From assembly GCF_004010195.1 (NCBI RefSeq), contig NC_057719.1, positions 8,304,224 to 8,353,123 of the forward strand: a DNA stretch of 48,900 nucleotides, written 5' to 3'. A model generated the notes under the pieces. That model was not told where the DNA came from and did not search any database. It worked only from the letters and a program-made list of their open reading frames with translations. This document shows positions 44,715-48,900 of the stretch, one piece after another; positions within the stretch are counted from its first letter, which is position 1, and each line of letters starts with the position of its first letter. The position numbers were made by a program, and so were the translations under genes. The stretch comes from Chiloscyllium plagiosum (taxonomy: Eukaryota).

Positions 44715-47395
44715 ATTTATTATCATCACATGTACCTAAGTACAGTGAAAAATTTTGTTTTGTGTGCAGTGTAACATACAAGGACATACAGATCACAGCA
44801 TGTTTAGACACAGCAAGACATACAAGATTACAGCTACATAGGAAGTACACAAGAACATGAGCAACATTAGATTTGAAATTAGAGAGGTCAATGCAACAGT
44901 CTAATAACAGTGGGGAAGAAGCAGTTCTTGAACATGTTATAGAACATAGAACACAGAACATAGAACACAGAACATAGAACATAGAACATTGGCCCTTGAT
45001 ATTGTGCCGACCTTTTATCCTAAGATCAAACTAACCTCTATGCCTTACATTTTACAATCATCCATGTGCCTATCCAAGAGTCACTTACATGTCCCTAATG
45101 TGTCTGACTCTACTCCCACTCCTGGCAGTGCATTCCATTCACCCATCACTCTCTGAGTAAAGAACCTACCTCTGACATCTCCCCTAAACCCTTCTCCAGT
45201 CACATCTCAGATCATGCCCCCTCATGATAGCCATTTCCACTCTGGTGATCCACTCTATCTATGCCTCACATCATCTTGTACACCTCGATTGGGTCACCTC
45301 TCATCCTTCTTTGCTCCAATGAGAAAGGTCCTAGCTCCCTCAACCTTTCTTCATAAGAAATGCTCTCCAGTTCAGGCAGCATCCTGGTAAATCTCCTCTG
45401 CACCCTCTAAAGCTCCCACATCTTTCCTACAACGAGATAACTAGAACTGAACACAAATTTCAAGTGTGGTCTAACCAGGGCTTTATTGAGCTGCAGCATA
45501 ACCTCACAGGTCTTGAACTCCATACTCCTGCTAATGAAAGCCAACACACCATGCATCCTCTTAACAACTCTATCAACCTGGGTGGCAACTTTGAGGAAAC
45601 TATGGACATGGACCCCAAGATTCCTCCACATCATCAAGAATCTTGCCTTTAACCCTGTAATCTGCATTTGAGTTCAACCTTCCAAAATGAATCACTTCAC
45701 ACTTTTCCAGGTTGAACTTCATCTGCCATTTCTCAACCCAGCTCTGGAACCTGTCAATGTTTCGTTGCAACCTACAACAGCCCTCCACACGATCCACAAC
45801 TCCACCAACCTTCATGTCATCAGCAAACTTACTAAGCCACCCTTCCACTTCCTCATCCAAGTCATTTATAAAAATCACAAAGAGCAGAGGTCCCAGAACT
45901 GATCCCTACAGAACACCACTGGTCACCGGGCTCCAGGCTGAATATTGTCCATCCACCAGCACCCTCTGCCTTCTCTAGGCCAGCCAATTCTGTATCCAGA
46001 CAGCCAAATTTTCCAATATCGCATGTCTCCTTACTTTCTGAATGAGCCTACCATTGGGAACCCTATCAAGTGTCTTGCTAAAATCCATATACACCACATC
46101 CATGGATCTACCTTCATCAAGGTGTTACATCCTCAAAGAATTCAATAAGGTTTGTGAGGCATGACCTGCCCTCACAAAGCTATGCTGACTATCTCTAATC
46201 AAACTATGGTTTTCCAAGTAATCATAAATATTGTCCCTCAGAATCTTCTCCAATATATTGCCCACCACAGACGTAAGACTGACTGGTCTGTAATTCCCAG
46301 GCTTATCCCTATTCCCTTTCTTGAACAAGGGAATAACATTTGCCACCCTCCAATCATCTGGTACTACTCCAGTGGACAGAGAGGACACAAAGATCATTGC
46401 CAAAGGTAGCAATCTCTTCCCTCACTTCCTGTAGTAACCTGGGTTATATCATGGCTGTCCCAGGGGACTTATCATAGATTCATTGAAAATGTACAGTGTG
46501 GAAACAGGCCTTTGGCCCAACAGGTCCACACTGACCGTCAAAAGAGTAACCCTCCCAGATCCATTCCCCTACTCTACATTTATTCCTGTCTAGGGCACCT
46601 AACCTACACTATGGCAATTAAACATGGTAAACTCACCTAACCTGCATATCTTTGGATTGTGGGAGGAAACTGGAACACCCAGAGGAAACCCATGCAGACA
46701 TGTTTTTCAAAATTTTTAGCACATCTTCCTTCTTAACATCAACCTGTTTGAGCATATCAGCCTGTTTCATGCTGTCCTCACAAACGACATGATCCCTCTC
46801 AGTAGTGAATACTGAAGCAAAGCATTCAGTAAGAACCTTCCCGACCTCCTCCGATCCACACACAAGTTCCTCTACTATCCCTGATTGACCCTACCCTCAC
46901 TCTGGCCATTCTTTTGTTCCTCACATAAGTGTAGAATGCCTTTGGGTTTTCACTAACCCTACCCATCAAGAACTTTTCATGCCCCCTTCTAGCCCTCCTC
47001 TGGCCATACTTCAGTCCCTTCCTGGCTACCTTGTAACCCTCCAAAGCCCTGTCTGATCCTTGCCTCCTCAACCTTAAGTAAGCTTCCTTTTTCCTCTTGA
47101 CTAAATGTTCCACATCCCTTGTCACCCAAGGTTATTCACCCTACCATCCCTTCCTTGCCTCAGTGGGACAAACCTGTCCAGCACTACCAGCAAGTGCTTC
47201 CTAAACATCCTCCACATTTATGTTGCGCATTTTCCTGAGAACATCTGTTCCCAGTTTAGGCGCCCCAGTTCCTGCCTACTAGCATTGTAATTCCGCCTCC
47301 CTCTGTTGGTATGTGTGTGTGTGTTTAAGCTTCTGTACCTTCTGCCTAATGGAAGAGTATAACTGGGGTGGGAGGGATCTTTGGTGATGTTGGCA
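44715..47395 (-). mobile_element. Rex1/Babar-like LINE 3' remnant (about 44715-44935 and 47301-47395) split by the long CR1
   Basis: GGGGAAGAAGCAGTTCTTGAAC before the CR1 and CTGTTGGT..AAGCTTCTGTACCTTCTGCCT after it read as one colinear Rex-like sequence (recognised from memory). Confidence 0.55.
44939..47300 (-). mobile_element. Longest CR1 fragment (about 2.3 kb, ORF2 linker + RT + C-terminus), interrupted by an HE1 SINE piece at about 46490-46699
   Basis: ENPKAFYTYVRNKR, GVVPDDWRVANVIPLFKKG..NYRPVSLTSVVG, INDLDE..SKFADDMKVGG motifs; tail of 7-bp A(T/C)AGAAC units at 44939-44988. Confidence 0.95.
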
Positions 47396-48566
47396 ATGAG
47401 AAGAGGGAGGAAGCTTTCTCAAAGTTTGACCTGGTCTGTGCCATAAGGGAGCTTCCCTCTGATTTCCCATCGGCATCACTCAGTCATCTGAGGAAATTCA
47501 CATGCCCAGATCCCATTCTCTCTCAAACCAAAATTAACAAAACCTGATTCACTGCTTGTGGGATCTTCCTGCTTTGAAGGTGGCTGTCACATGCTGCACT
47601 TGCTGCACTCAAAACGGTTTATTAATACAGGATGCGTCAAAGATCAGATTAAAATGTGAATCTTTATGGAAATTTATTCTTCAAGTAATAATTGCAATCT
47701 CAGTCCTTCATATTTAGTTTTGCTGTGATCCTTCTCAAAAATTGGAAGAGATTTTTCCCAGAAAAAAACAACACAATATTTTTAACAGAGTCTTTTTTTT
47801 TTGAAGTCCTTCTGCAGTAATATTGACTCAAGGTGATGTTTTCTGTGATATAATATCAGAGAGGTTTCGATGACTGTGCAATTATGTTTGATGTTTGCTT
47901 GTGGTTTCCAAATGATTTGAGTTTATGAAATGAGTTTTGAAAGTATTTATTGAACTTCTCTCCCTTGTGTCGAACTTTCCTCATTAGGCATCACATCAAC
48001 GTACAAGGCAAGTTCGATCTTGTTTTGTGTTTTTCGGTTTGCTGATGCTTTTGTTACAATGCTGAGTCAAGCTGGGGTAGAGTTCCTCAGGCGTGAGTGG
48101 TCCTCCTATAATCTCCCCCAGAGAGTATAAATCAAAGAGATGATACACCATCACAATGAATATAAACTGATTTTCGACTGTAGCACCACATTACAGGAAC
48201 AGTCACTCTTTATTGTCAGACATGGAAAGTCTGGCTGCTTTGCTTTTAAGGCATTCTAGAAAGTGTCAAGGTCATATGTAAGGAGGGCATCTAAACTCAG
48301 CGTTTGAGGTGGCACCCCTCTGGCCCAGAATAAAAGGCAGCAAAGGTTCTCAGTACTTCTCAAAACACACCATGGGCAATGCAGTATACTGCTGCTGTAA
48401 TAATATAGTCTGGAGAAGGATCACTGGACTCAAAAAGTTAGCTTTGCCTTCTCTTTTCCCAGTGATTTCTGATTTTGCTGTTGTAATGTCTGGGACACAG
48501 CAACCAATTTGTGCAAAGCAAACTCCTACAGCCTGCAATAAAGGTTGTGGATGCTGGAATGTGAAA

Positions 48567-48900
48567 CGCACACACACACACACATCCACACACACACACA
48601 CACACACACATAACACACACACACACACATTCACATACACACATAACACGTGCATGCACACACGCACACACATCACACATACATTCACACACACACATAA
48701 CACGCACACACACATCACACACACACATTCACACACACAACACGCGCACATATTTACACACACACATAACACACACACACACACATTCACATACACACAT
48801 AACATGTGCACGCACACACACACATACACATCACACACATATTCACACACACAACACGCATCACACACACACACATTCACACACACACATAACACACACA
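48567..48900. repeat. Compound (CA)n microsatellite
   Basis: More than 330 bp of CA with recurrent CATTCA, CATAAC and CATCA interruptions; runs off the window edge. Confidence 0.95.

Noticed and set aside
44939..44988. CRISPR-like or telomeric short repeats
   Set aside because: The 7-bp A(T/C)AGAAC units have no spacers and are the microsatellite tail of a CR1 LINE
48350..48895. Cys/Val-rich ORFs resembling metallothionein or keratin-associated proteins
   Set aside because: They are translations of the (TG)n microsatellite

Overview
Eukaryotic, repeat-dense, non-coding DNA (intronic or intergenic) from a cartilaginous fish, most likely a shark. This is inferred from HE1-type V-SINEs whose (TCTAA)n tails are shared with HER1/CR1 LINEs. 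I found no intact protein-coding gene, tRNA, rRNA or CRISPR array, and every ORF I can assign is a decayed retrotransposon fragment. Most of the window is nested mobile DNA: CR1 LINE fragments, HE1 SINEs, a second CR1/L2-clade LINE with its own tail-sharing SINE, DeuSINE and L2/Rex remnants, one Tc1/mariner-type MITE, and many Penelope-like element (PLE) pieces. The most notable signal is about 20 copies, in 5-6 sequence families, of a minimal hammerhead ribozyme motif (CTGAnGA-stem II-GAAA-CGTC) in PLE pseudo-LTRs. Many sit in 110-330 bp non-coding, often palindromic, insertions with 8-17 bp target-site duplications, and two cores look intact (34782-34809 +, 10495-10522 -). PLE hammerheads are a known class, so any novelty lies in the family diversity and the mini-element architecture. 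Also present: a perfect palindromic RFX X-box, a 63-bp inverted templated insertion, a twin-priming-like LINE inversion and a 315-bp tandem duplication. Repeat boundaries were set by eye and are approximate; TSD, inverted-repeat and motif coordinates were read directly.
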